A stretch of DNA of 63,580 nt, the filler included, from an uncultured Myxococcia bacterium (GTDB taxonomy: Bacteria > CAZTWC01), in the NCBI GenBank assembly GCA_964617105.1. It is 4 parts of 4 records of this genome, joined end to end, with 100 filler letters (N's around TTAATTAATTAA, not from the genome) between each part and the next. Parts side by side here need not be neighbours in the genome. Positions count along the whole stretch, not along the records: positions 1 to 15,989 come from CAZTWC010000061.1; 3 more parts are not named here. One strand, written 5' to 3'. The notes beneath the pieces are model-generated. The model searched no databases, was not told the origin of the DNA, and saw nothing but the letters and a program-made list of their open reading frames with translations. Below, in pieces: positions 1 through 9,553 of this stretch. Position 1 is the first letter of the stretch, and the number at the start of each line of letters is the position of its first letter. The position numbers and the translations under genes were made by a program.

Positions 1-173
1 ACTGTGAAGATTGCAACAACGAACAACATTTTTTATTAGAACCAGGCAACAATTTAGATATCTCTGACCCCGCCAATATACATGCCCCCGAATTTACCTG
101 CACTTGCGGTCAAACTTTTGAGTTTGACGATGATGAAAATGAATTCTTTTTGTTTTTCACCGCGAAACGCTAA
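1..173 (+). CDS. 3' end of a small Cys-rich (zinc-ribbon-like) protein, truncated by the window start
   Basis: Frame starting at nt 3 reads CEDCNNEQHFLLEPGNNLDISDPANIHAPEFTCTCGQTFEFDDDENEFFLFFTAKR-stop (TAA 171-173), with CxxC...CxC spacing. Not in the ORF track because it lacks a start. Confidence 0.5.
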   Translation, partial: CEDCNNEQHFLLEPGNNLDISDPANIHAPEFTCTCGQTFEFDDDENEFFLFFTAKR

Positions 174-213
174 CAATTCTCGCAACAAAATGAATTCTCG
201 GACGGGAGACAAA

Positions 214-1851
214 CTACTTTCCAGATGGGAACTCTTTATCTTTTTGCATCAAAGAATTGCACAAATAGTTGTCGTCATCCTGCTGTTGATAGTTCAAGTT
301 ATAGTGGAGCCCACGACTCTCCTGACGCCACATGGCACTCTTGATGATCAAATGAGCCAACTGGGCTATATTCCGCAACTCAATCAAGTCTGAAGTAATT
401 TTAAAATCCCAGTAATACTCGTAGATCTCTGCGCGTAGAAGTTCAATGCGTCTCTCGGCTCTGGCCAATCTTTTGTCGGAACGGAAAATGCCTACATAGT
501 TCCACATCAGACGACGAATTTCATCCCAGTTGTGACTTACCACCACGCTCTCATCGCTATCAACTGCTCTACCCGGGTCCCAGGGCGGAACTTGATCGGC
601 CTGAATATGGATCTCCTTAAGTAATTCCCGGGTATAGCGGGCTGCCCTGGAGGAAAATACTACCGCTTCCAGCAAAGAGTTGGAGGCCAGACGATTGGCG
701 CCGTGCAAACCGGTACAGGCCACTTCACCGCAGGCCAAAAGTCCGGGGAAAGAGGTAGCACCATTGGTATCGGTGAGCACGCCGCCGCAGCAGTAATGGG
801 CAGCCGGAACTACCGGTATGGGCGATTCAGTTATGTCTAGCCCAACTGAAAGACATTTTTCAAATATATTAGGAAATCTCCGTTGAATAAAATCTTTCTT
901 CATTGCACTCAGGTCCAGATGCACGAAATCATCACCGCTGATTTTCATCTGGTTGTCAATGGCCCGAGCCACGATATCTCTGGGGGCCAGGCACCCCATA
1001 GGGTGATAATCTTCCATAAAGGATTTGCCGGACAGGTTTTTCAGTATCGCCCCTTCGCCACGCACAGTTTCTGAAATCAAAAAAGACTTGGCCTGAGGAT
1101 GGTAGAGGCAAGTAGGATGAAACTGAAAAAATTCCAGATTGGACACCTGCGCTCCGGCCCGGTAGGCCATGGCAATCCCGTCACCAGTGGCGATATCCGG
1201 GTTAGAGGTATAGAGATAGACTTTTCCGGCGCCGCCACTGGCCAATATCACAAATTTGGCAATAAAAGTGTTAACCAGGTTTTTCTCACGATCCAAAACA
1301 TAGGCGCCCAGGCACCTGTTCTCTCCCGGCAAACCAAATTTCCCGCTGGTGATGAGGTCTATGGCAATATGGTCCTCAAACAATCTTATATTGTTATGCT
1401 TTGATATGGTGGCAAAGAGAGCACGATGGATCTCCTGCCCGGTGATATCATCGGCGTGAAGGATCCGTCTTCTGGAATGCCCGCCTTCACGAGCCAGGTC
1501 ATACTGAGGGGATTTCTCATCCTTGGAATTTTCATCCTGTTGGTAAACAGAAAATTTTACCCCATAATCTATCAGGGACTGAATGGCTTTGGGTCCCTGC
1601 TTTACGCAAAATTCCACAATCTCTTTGGAGCATAAACCAGCCCCGGTTTTTAAGGTGTCTTCAATATGATTCTGATAGGAATCTCCAGGACTTATCACCG
1701 AGGCTATACCGCCCTGAGCATGAAAAGTATTGGATTGGGTAACATCTTTTTTGGTTAAAATGTTTACACTGCCAAAGTCACAAACTTCCAGAGCAAAATT
1801 CATGCCCGCCAAACCGCTGCCAATAACTAAAAAATCACTTATGTAAAACAT
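214..1851 (-). CDS. nadB: L-aspartate oxidase
   Basis: GSGLAG FAD motif, AQGGIA, REGGHSRRRILH, QFHPT, LAPRDIVARAI, TGLHGANRLASNSLLE, ESRGLH; GAGGAG RBS upstream. Confidence 0.95.
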   Translation of the reverse strand: MFYISDFLVIGSGLAGMNFALEVCDFGSVNILTKKDVTQSNTFHAQGGIASVISPGDSYQNHIEDTLKTGAGLCSKEIVEFCVKQGPKAIQSLIDYGVKFSVYQQDENSKDEKSPQYDLAREGGHSRRRILHADDITGQEIHRALFATISKHNNIRLFEDHIAIDLITSGKFGLPGENRCLGAYVLDREKNLVNTFIAKFVILASGGAGKVYLYTSNPDIATGDGIAMAYRAGAQVSNLEFFQFHPTCLYHPQAKSFLISETVRGEGAILKNLSGKSFMEDYHPMGCLAPRDIVARAIDNQMKISGDDFVHLDLSAMKKDFIQRRFPNIFEKCLSVGLDITESPIPVVPAAHYCCGGVLTDTNGATSFPGLLACGEVACTGLHGANRLASNSLLEAVVFSSRAARYTRELLKEIHIQADQVPPWDPGRAVDSDESVVVSHNWDEIRRLMWNYVGIFRSDKRLARAERRIELLRAEIYEYYWDFKITSDLIELRNIAQLAHLIIKSAMWRQESRGLHYNLNYQQQDDDNYLCNSLMQKDKEFPSGK

Positions 1852-1991
1852 TGATTAGGCTCCTCATGTAAAAACGAAAAGAATTCCCGGGATTTCAATT
1901 CCGGGTTATTTATTTCCGCTTTTTAATGCCGGGTTGACATCGCCTATTAAAAGTATACCAAAAACCGGTTGAAAGGTAGTTTTTTTTACTT

Positions 1992-2046
1992 TAACCTGAA
2001 ATCAGCAACTACCTCTGTCCGCGAGCCAGTTGCTGATTTCAGGTTA
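1992..2046. repeat. Perfect 19-bp inverted repeat with 17-nt loop
   Basis: TAACCTGAAATCAGCAACT (1992-2010) and AGTTGCTGATTTCAGGTTA (2028-2046) are exact reverse complements. Confidence 0.9.
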
Positions 2047-2213
2047 TAATTTGGAGCATTATTATACCTTGCTCAAAACCATATCATCTGATATTAAATA
2101 ATAATAATAGTATAGTTGTCATCCGAAAACCCCCTTTGGCAACGATATGAATTCTCGGACGGTAACTAATATCGTTTTTGTAATCTAAAAATTCTCAAAT
2201 GACTAGAGGGCCA

Positions 2214-3068
2214 ATGAAACCACTAAAAAATCTAACTATTACATTTTTAGTTTTGCTAATTCTGCTTTTTTCCGCCGGAACTCTCTGGGCCAAAGACTAT
2301 GGAGAACGGTCAGATCCACTGGATCCACTCACTTTTCCCTCTTCGCGGGCCACGAATCTGGTCGAGGTAGGTGTCCGCTCTTTAAACGATTCCAGCCCGG
2401 AAAACTACTTTGGCCTGGAATTTTTAACTCCTGGTGAAAGAAGCGCTCAATTGTTCTATTCCTTTATAAATTATGGAGAGGACAAAAAATTCAAAATGCA
2501 CCGCCCCATGGTTACTATTAAAACCGTGCTTTCCCAAAAAAAGAAGTTCACCAGCACCTTTATCTGGCAAAACTGCTCCCAAATCGTTCAGGAATTTGAC
2601 CAAATTAATTCGTACCAGTACGATACCTCGTTGTTGTTCTCCTTTTTTTATAACTTACAGCAACAAACCAATCTGCCCCTCTCCTTTGAACTCTATTTAG
2701 GTCCGCGCTTGGACATTTTTAAATTCAAAGAAGTATATGAAATATTTTTAAATACCACAGGCAGACTGGGAGGGAGAACCGCTTTTGCCCTGTTGAAACC
2801 TGGAGATTTTGGCGCCCTGTATATCGACTTTGAAGCCAACTCCCGGTTCGGTATTTATAACCGAACTTTTGAGTTCGACGATGATAAAATTGTTGGCCTG
2901 AATTATGATTATCCTAAAGATGTGTCAAAAACCAATATTGTTCTGGGAATATCTTACTATTACTCGGTATTCAGACTACAAATTGGTTATTACCGGGAAA
3001 TCAAAGATCAACAAGACAATAACGCCAACAGCGGATTCTTGTTAAACCTGGGGGCAGTGTATTTTTAA
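2214..3068 (+). CDS. Putative outer-membrane beta-barrel protein
   Basis: Signal peptide ending LWA-K, aromatic-rich alternating strands, C-terminal FLLNLGAVYF (BAM-type terminal Phe). ATG 2214 follows AGAGGG; the track starts at 2199. Confidence 0.6.
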   Translation: MKPLKNLTITFLVLLILLFSAGTLWAKDYGERSDPLDPLTFPSSRATNLVEVGVRSLNDSSPENYFGLEFLTPGERSAQLFYSFINYGEDKKFKMHRPMVTIKTVLSQKKKFTSTFIWQNCSQIVQEFDQINSYQYDTSLLFSFFYNLQQQTNLPLSFELYLGPRLDIFKFKEVYEIFLNTTGRLGGRTAFALLKPGDFGALYIDFEANSRFGIYNRTFEFDDDKIVGLNYDYPKDVSKTNIVLGISYYYSVFRLQIGYYREIKDQQDNNANSGFLLNLGAVYF

Positions 3069-3115
3069 TGGGGTCAAGGTTTTCGAACGGCAACTAATTT
3101 AAGAGGACATACATT

Positions 3116-4087
3116 ATGTTAAGCAGTTATCGGTTATGTTTCCTGGTGGCAGTGTTTTCCGGGCTTTTTGCCATTGGTGGCTGTGTTCGCTCAGGTTACC
3201 TGGGAGATGTGGCTGCACCTAAAAAAGAAAAAATGGCAGACTCGGCGGCAACCCAGAAAGAGCAAAAAACTAGTGTGAATAAAGGAGCTGCGTCAAAAGG
3301 AAAGAAAAAAAATCTGGTGGCGGCCAAACCAACTGCCCTGGACATAGAGCAACTTTTCCGCCAGGGGGAAAAAGGGTTTGAAGATCTGCTCAAAAAACAC
3401 CAGCAAAAAGAGATTAGTGTAGAAACCCAAAGTCCAGGCAGCAAAAATATTGTCCAGGACGAAAGGGGCAAATTTTACCATCAATACTACCTGGATTTCT
3501 ATCCAGTAAAAGAGATCGAAAATCTGGAGAACCTCTATAAAAAATATTTGCACCACCGGCCAGGACATATTGGGGCTAAAATTAGGCTGGCCAACCTGAT
3601 GCTCCTGAGAGCGACCAACTCTCTTAACCGAATTTCTGAACTACAGGCTGAAGAGACTAAAATTGCCAATGAAATCAACAACAGTTTGTTCGTGGAAAAA
3701 AGAGAGGAAAAAACTGTCAGAATAGCCTCTATCAAACAAGAGGTAGCCAACCTGAAAAAAGAGGCTGATTTAAGTCTGAGCGATTCCCATACAAAGTGTT
3801 CGGAGGTAATCACAATAGACCGCCTTAACTCATCCGCCCTGCTGGGAGTTGGCATGACCCTGACCTTGCAGAAAAAATACCCGGAAGCGGTGAGAAAATT
3901 TAAACTCTTAGAAGAGGCACAAATAAATGTCGAAAGAAACCGCTCTATTCTTTATCTTTGGTACGGTTTTGCCCTTGAAAACCAGGGACAAAAAGACCAG
4001 GCTAAAGTTTATTACCAAAAAGCAGCCGAATTAAACGAGCCGGTGGGCAGCCTAAAATGGGTAAAAAACAGGATAGAATTAAAATAG
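3116..4087 (+). CDS. TPR-containing lipoprotein
   Basis: Lipobox-like FAIGG-C, Lys-rich linker, C-terminal TPR-like helices (ALLGVGMTL...YPEAV; YLWYGFALENQGQKDQAKVYYQKA). Confidence 0.65.
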   Translation: MLSSYRLCFLVAVFSGLFAIGGCVRSGYLGDVAAPKKEKMADSAATQKEQKTSVNKGAASKGKKKNLVAAKPTALDIEQLFRQGEKGFEDLLKKHQQKEISVETQSPGSKNIVQDERGKFYHQYYLDFYPVKEIENLENLYKKYLHHRPGHIGAKIRLANLMLLRATNSLNRISELQAEETKIANEINNSLFVEKREEKTVRIASIKQEVANLKKEADLSLSDSHTKCSEVITIDRLNSSALLGVGMTLTLQKKYPEAVRKFKLLEEAQINVERNRSILYLWYGFALENQGQKDQAKVYYQKAAELNEPVGSLKWVKNRIELK

Positions 4088-4186
4088 TTCTTGTCCACGC
4101 CCCTTCTTATGTGAATTTTCAGATGCTAACTAAAATAGTGTCCATATAAGGATGCTACTCTTAACATAATGAAACCTGGAGGTTTT

Positions 4187-5515
4187 ATGAATTTGTATGG
4201 CAAAAGTTTTTTTGTTTTGCTTGGTTTATCGACTTTATTACTAGTGGCCGCCTGCACCAGAAAAATTATCGAAACAGATATTATCCAGTACCCAGCCCAG
4301 ATTATCCCATTTCACCCTGAGAGGCAGAGGATTACTCCCCTCAATATCAAGTTCGGTCTGACTCTGGAAGAGGTGCGTGACCATACCGGACAGGCCACCT
4401 CAATAGCCCCGCTAATCACCTATAAACTGAAAAAGCAATTACAAAAGTTAGATCGATTCAACCTCTATCAGGGTGTTCCAACAGGAGATAAAAAGGTCAA
4501 AACTGGCCACCAAAAAAGCCCGGCAAAACTGAAAAAAACCAACGATGCCGTCCAGAAAACCGTACCAAACGATGGGAACAAAAATGAGGGTGATAAAAAT
4601 AAAACCAAGGTTAAACCCAAAAAAACAAAGCAAAAGAGAGAGCATAAAAAGAAACAGTCTGCCGCCATCAATTTAAAAGATTTTGATTTCAGCCTCCAGG
4701 GAGATATTAAAAGTATAGACGATAACAGCATTAATTTTTCTTATAACCTGGTAAATGCCAAATCGGGACAAATATTTTTTGCCGGGGCCCAAAAAATAAG
4801 TTATCAAAAAGTTGGGCAAGAACCAAAACCGATTAAAAAAACCGGGCCCGGCCAAAAAAAATCCCTGACCGAAACCGCCCCGGACACAAAATCAGAGATA
4901 AAAACACCGGAGCAAAAGGATGGAGAAAACCCTCAAACTAATAAAAAGAGAGAGCGTAAAAAACCAGGCAAAAGGCGCAAGGGAAAAATCAATCGCCTGC
5001 AAGAGGAGATGAAGGCTGTCAAATCCGATATAAGAAACCTTTCGAATGAATTGAAGACGGATTTGGTTAAAGTCGGTCTGGAACTTAACAATGTCAAAGA
5101 GTGGATGACCAAAAAAATGGCGCAAGTAGAACAAAAATTAACCTCCGAAATAGCCAAACAGAGGAAAGCAAAAAAAGTCCGTTTCACCATCTCTGACTCA
5201 GATATCGATAAAATTGCCAACACTATCACCTCAGCCCTTCCTAACCGGAATAAATTCAAACAGGGCAAGGTTCTCAAGCGTCAAGGAAACTCACTGGTAA
5301 TCAATTTGGGAAGTCAAGACCAATTAACCCAGGGTCTCAATCTGCTGGTGGTTTCTCCCCAGGAGGTTGTGGTGGACATAAAGGATGGGAAAACTGTAAG
5401 AAACAAGGTGTACCTGGCTGAAATTTATGTAACCAATGTTTCAAAGCAGAATGCCGATTGCATTATCTATAAAGGTAGTGACGTCAAGGCTGGTGACCTG
5501 GTGCTGGTCAAGTAG
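4187..5515 (+). CDS. Lipoprotein with Lys-rich insertions, coiled coil and FlgT-C-like C-terminal beta domain
   Basis: GGAGG RBS before ATG 4187; lipobox LVAA-C; C-terminal GKVLKRQGNSLVINLGSQD...IYVTNVS...VKAGDLV resembles FlgT/CsgG-associated C-terminal domains (recognised by eye). Confidence 0.55.
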   Translation: MNLYGKSFFVLLGLSTLLLVAACTRKIIETDIIQYPAQIIPFHPERQRITPLNIKFGLTLEEVRDHTGQATSIAPLITYKLKKQLQKLDRFNLYQGVPTGDKKVKTGHQKSPAKLKKTNDAVQKTVPNDGNKNEGDKNKTKVKPKKTKQKREHKKKQSAAINLKDFDFSLQGDIKSIDDNSINFSYNLVNAKSGQIFFAGAQKISYQKVGQEPKPIKKTGPGQKKSLTETAPDTKSEIKTPEQKDGENPQTNKKRERKKPGKRRKGKINRLQEEMKAVKSDIRNLSNELKTDLVKVGLELNNVKEWMTKKMAQVEQKLTSEIAKQRKAKKVRFTISDSDIDKIANTITSALPNRNKFKQGKVLKRQGNSLVINLGSQDQLTQGLNLLVVSPQEVVVDIKDGKTVRNKVYLAEIYVTNVSKQNADCIIYKGSDVKAGDLVLVK

Positions 5516-5674
5516 TTTCCATTATTAACTCCCAATAAACAAGGCATCCCTAAAGGGATGACCTCCTACGTCGGCCTTCCTACTGGTATGAACTTATTTT
5601 TGAGCAAGCCCTTAGTTCAATTCTGCATTGAAATCCTGGGAATTCTTTTCGTTCTTAAATTTTAGGAGTATAGC

Positions 5675-7156
5675 ATGAAAGTGAATGAATACGATTTTGT
5701 CTCTTTAGAGGCGATTAAAAACTGGATAGGAGGCAAATGGGTTAATCCGGTGGAAGGCCAAAGCATGGAGGTTATTAATCCCCGTTATGGCAAATCCTTC
5801 TGCCAACTGGCGGCCAGTGACGCTCAAGACGTGGAGATGGCTGTCCAGGCAGCCAAAGAAGCCTTTCCTGGTTGGCGGAATACCCCTATCAAAGAACGGG
5901 CCCAGGTGCTCTACCAGTTCAAATATTTGATTCAGCGAGACGCTGAAGAATTGGCCTGGCTGATCTCCCACGAAAACGGTAAAACTTTTGCCGAAGCGCA
6001 GGCCAGCGTAGCCAAAACAGTGGAATGCCTGGAGTTGGGATGCTCTATTCCTAATATTCAAACTAACCACACTCTCTATGTCAGCCGGGGGGTATCCTGT
6101 TCGGTGAATCACGAACCTCTGGGAGTGTGCGCCGGCGTTACCCCTTTCAATTTCCCCCTGATGGTGCCCATGTGGATGCTACCACAGGCGCTGGTGGCGG
6201 GTAACACCTTTATCCTCAAACCTTCCGAGCAGGTGCCGGTATCGATTGCCCGCCTGGCCGAACTGCTGGATGAAGCGGGTTTGCCCAAAGGAGTTTTCAA
6301 CATTGTCAACGGAGCCCGCCCGCCGGTGGAAGCCCTGGTGGACCATCCTGAAATCAAAGCCATGGCCTTTGTTGGATCTACACCGGTAGCCCAATCTCTC
6401 TATGCCCGGGGGGCAAAACTAGGCCGGCCCATGCTCTGCCTGGGCAGCGCCAAAAATCACTTGATCATGGTACCTGACGCTGATCCGGATATGACTGCTA
6501 ACGATGTGGTGCGCTCCTTTTTCGGCATGTCTGGTCAACGCTGCATGGCTGCAACTGTGCTGGTGGGTGTAGGTAATATTGATCATATCCTGGAAAAAAT
6601 CCTCCAGGAAACTAAAAAGATTAAACTCGGTGTTGATATGGGACCATTGATCAATGAAGCGGCAATCTCCCGCATCAACACTATTGTGGAAAATACCCTC
6701 AATGCAGGCGCCACCCTGCTTTTAGACGGTAGAGGAACACAGGTTGAGAGTGCTGCCCAGGGCTATTGGACCGGTCCCACTATCCTGGACAATGTAACTC
6801 CCCAAATGCCCGCCTATACCGATGAAGTGTTCGGTCCAGTAATGAGTATCGTGCGGGTAAAAACTCTGGATGAAGCAATTGAGATCGAAAACAATAACAT
6901 TTTTGGCAACGGCGGTTCTATCTACACCTCTTCCGGCGCCACCGCCAACTATGCGGCCCAGCGGATAAACTCCGGCATGGTAGGGATCAACATCGGCATC
7001 CCGGTGCCCCGCGAACCTTTTGCCTTTGGGGGCTGGGAACTCAGTAAATTTGGACATGGCGATATTACCGGCGAAGACGGTTACCGTTTTTGGACCCGGC
7101 CCCGCAAATTGACAACCAAGTGGGCGCTGCAACCAGATGCAACCTGGATGAGTTAA
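5675..7156 (+). CDS. mmsA: CoA-acylating (methyl)malonate-semialdehyde dehydrogenase
   Basis: ALDH fold: TPFNFPLMVPMW, LKPSEQ, FVGST, GQRCMA (catalytic Cys), EVFGPV, GMVGINIGIPVP. Confidence 0.9.
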   Translation: MKVNEYDFVSLEAIKNWIGGKWVNPVEGQSMEVINPRYGKSFCQLAASDAQDVEMAVQAAKEAFPGWRNTPIKERAQVLYQFKYLIQRDAEELAWLISHENGKTFAEAQASVAKTVECLELGCSIPNIQTNHTLYVSRGVSCSVNHEPLGVCAGVTPFNFPLMVPMWMLPQALVAGNTFILKPSEQVPVSIARLAELLDEAGLPKGVFNIVNGARPPVEALVDHPEIKAMAFVGSTPVAQSLYARGAKLGRPMLCLGSAKNHLIMVPDADPDMTANDVVRSFFGMSGQRCMAATVLVGVGNIDHILEKILQETKKIKLGVDMGPLINEAAISRINTIVENTLNAGATLLLDGRGTQVESAAQGYWTGPTILDNVTPQMPAYTDEVFGPVMSIVRVKTLDEAIEIENNNIFGNGGSIYTSSGATANYAAQRINSGMVGINIGIPVPREPFAFGGWELSKFGHGDITGEDGYRFWTRPRKLTTKWALQPDATWMS

Positions 7157-7176
7157 TAGAGAATTTGGAGGATATA

Positions 7177-8049
7177 ATGGCAAACAAAGTTATCTGTGGC
7201 ATGATTCAATGTAAAAACGTGATCAACGACAATACCACGCCGGTAAAGCAAGTAAAAAAGGCGATGTTTGAGGCCCACGTCCCTTTTATCGAAGAGGCTG
7301 GTAAAAAGGGAGTGCAGATTTTGGGATTGCAAGAGATTTTCGATGGCCCCTATTTCTGCCCCAGCCAGGATGCTCGCTGGTACGAAGCGGCCGAGCCGGT
7401 GCCAGGCCCTACGGTTGAGCGCTGCGCTGAATTCGCCAAAAAATATTCAATGGTGATGGTGGTGCCCATCTACGAAAAAGTGATGAGCGGGGTTTATTAC
7501 AACACCGCCGCAGTGCTGGATGCTGATGGCACCTATTTGGGCAAATACCGTAAAATCCATATCCCTCAGGTGGCTGGTTTTTGGGAAAAATTCTTTTTTA
7601 AACCTGGCAACCTGGGTTACCCGATTTTCAAAACCAGGTACGCCAAAGTTGGAGTCTATATCTGTTACGACCGCCACTTTCCCGAAGGCACCCGTTTGTT
7701 AGGCTTAAACGGTGCTGAAATCGTATTTAATCCTTCCGCCACTGTGGCCGGGCTCTCTCAATACCTATGGCAACTGGAGCAACCCGCTCATGCAGTTGCC
7801 AACGGCTATTTCATGGGCTGTTCCAACCGGGTGGGAGAGGAAGCACCCTGGAATATCGGCAAATTTTACGGCACCAGTTACTTTGTCAATCCCAGAGGCG
7901 AAATAATCGCCAAAGCCAGCGAGGATGAAAGTGAACTGGTAACCACCGAGGTTGACCTGGATATGATCGACCAGGTACGCAATACCTGGCAGTTTTATCG
8001 TGACAGGCGGCCAGAGACTTACGAAAATATGACCAAACTTTTACCGTAG
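7177..8049 (+). CDS. pydC: Beta-ureidopropionase (nitrilase superfamily)
   Basis: Glu-Lys-Cys triad (LQEIF, YRKIHIP, ICYDRHFPE), FWEKFFFKPGN, WQFYRDRRPE; GGAGG RBS before ATG 7177; pyd operon context. Confidence 0.88.
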   Translation: MANKVICGMIQCKNVINDNTTPVKQVKKAMFEAHVPFIEEAGKKGVQILGLQEIFDGPYFCPSQDARWYEAAEPVPGPTVERCAEFAKKYSMVMVVPIYEKVMSGVYYNTAAVLDADGTYLGKYRKIHIPQVAGFWEKFFFKPGNLGYPIFKTRYAKVGVYICYDRHFPEGTRLLGLNGAEIVFNPSATVAGLSQYLWQLEQPAHAVANGYFMGCSNRVGEEAPWNIGKFYGTSYFVNPRGEIIAKASEDESELVTTEVDLDMIDQVRNTWQFYRDRRPETYENMTKLLP

Positions 8050-8065
8050 CGTTGGGAGGAGTTAA

Positions 8066-9448
8066 ATGAGCATTTTAATTAAAAATGGTCAAATCATTAC
8101 CGCGTTTAAAAAATATCGGGCCGATATTCTGGTGGATGGAGAAAAAATAGTTAAAATAGGTCAAAACCTGCCCTCCACCGGGGTGGAGAGGGTCATAGAC
8201 GCAGAGGATAAACTGGTGATCCCTGGCGGCGTGGATCCACACACCCATCTGGACCTGCCATTTATGGGCACTGTTACCCGGGACGACTTTGCCAGCGGCA
8301 CTATTGCCGCAGCAGCCGGCGGTACCACCACTATCATCGATTTCGCCATACCTGCCAAAGAGGAGCCTCTTGGTAGTGCAGCGGACACCTGGCGCCAAAA
8401 GGCAGACGGAAAAGTGGCCACCGACTATTCCCTCCATATGGCAGTTACCTGGTGGAATGATGCTGTGGCCGAGGAGTTGCCCTCCATGATGGAGCGGGGC
8501 ATCTCCAGTTTCAAGGTATTTTTAGCCTACAAGGGAGCCATTGGCATTGATGACGCCCAGATGTACGAAATCATGGCCGCAGCCAAGAAATTGGGCGCCC
8601 TGGTAATGGTGCACGCTGAAAACGCCGAATTGGTCTGGCAACTGCAACAAAAACTGCTCAAAGAGGGCAAAACCGAGCCTATATTTCATGCACGCTCCCG
8701 CCCACCATTTGTGGAAGGAGAGGGGACCCACCGCTCAATTACCATGGCCCGGGTTCACGATATGCCGGTCTATTTTGTCCATATGAGCGCTGCCGATGCC
8801 CTGGAAAAAGTGCGGGATTCCTTCTTTCGGGGAGAGAAAGCCATTGCTGAAACCTGTCCCCAGTACCTGCTGCTGGACGAGAGTTACTATCAGCGTTCCG
8901 GCTGGCAAGGCGCCAAGTGGGTAATGTCGCCGCCTCTTCGCTCCCGCGAACACTGCAAGGCTTTGTGGGCCGGCATCAAAGGTGGACTGATAAAAACCAT
9001 TGGCACTGACCATTGCTCCTTTGACTTCAAAGGACAAAAAGATATGTTCGGCAAAAAAGATTTCTCGGTAATCCCTAACGGCATCCCCGCCATCCAGGAC
9101 CGGCTTAGTTTAATATACACCTATGGCGTACTGGCCGGTCAAATCGATGTGTGCCGTTGGGTAGAGTTATGCTGTTCCAATCCCGCCCGTATATTTGGCC
9201 TATATCCACGCAAAGGGATCATTAAAAAAGGCTCTGATGCCGATATAGTGATTTGGGATCCAGATTGGGAAGGAGTTTTGAGTGCTGAAACCCAGTTTCA
9301 TAAAAACGACTACAATGCTTTTGAAGGCTTCAAGGTTAAAGGACGGCCCCATATTGTTACCCTACGGGGAAAAGTTATCTGCGAGCAGGGCCAATATACT
9401 GGCCAGACCGGTGACGGTAAATTTTTATCCCGAGGACCATTATACTGA
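8066..9448 (+). CDS. hydA: Dihydropyrimidinase
   Basis: PGGVDPHTH metal motif, GGTTTIIDF, SFKVFLAY, HAEN, ETCPQYL, SPPLR, GTDHC, GSDADIVIWDP. Confidence 0.93.
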   Translation: MSILIKNGQIITAFKKYRADILVDGEKIVKIGQNLPSTGVERVIDAEDKLVIPGGVDPHTHLDLPFMGTVTRDDFASGTIAAAAGGTTTIIDFAIPAKEEPLGSAADTWRQKADGKVATDYSLHMAVTWWNDAVAEELPSMMERGISSFKVFLAYKGAIGIDDAQMYEIMAAAKKLGALVMVHAENAELVWQLQQKLLKEGKTEPIFHARSRPPFVEGEGTHRSITMARVHDMPVYFVHMSAADALEKVRDSFFRGEKAIAETCPQYLLLDESYYQRSGWQGAKWVMSPPLRSREHCKALWAGIKGGLIKTIGTDHCSFDFKGQKDMFGKKDFSVIPNGIPAIQDRLSLIYTYGVLAGQIDVCRWVELCCSNPARIFGLYPRKGIIKKGSDADIVIWDPDWEGVLSAETQFHKNDYNAFEGFKVKGRPHIVTLRGKVICEQGQYTGQTGDGKFLSRGPLY

Positions 9449-9553
9449 ATCTAAAATTGCAAGTTGACCCACCAATATCGGTTGTGGAATCCTGGAAAGA
9501 TTGCCGATTTTTTGGTCAAATATCCTTGGCAATTTGAGATAGGGAGAGAAAAA

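Noticed and set aside
82-393. 103-aa + strand ORF
   Set aside because: Overlaps nadB antisense and the Cys-rich frame at 1-173; no recognisable motif.
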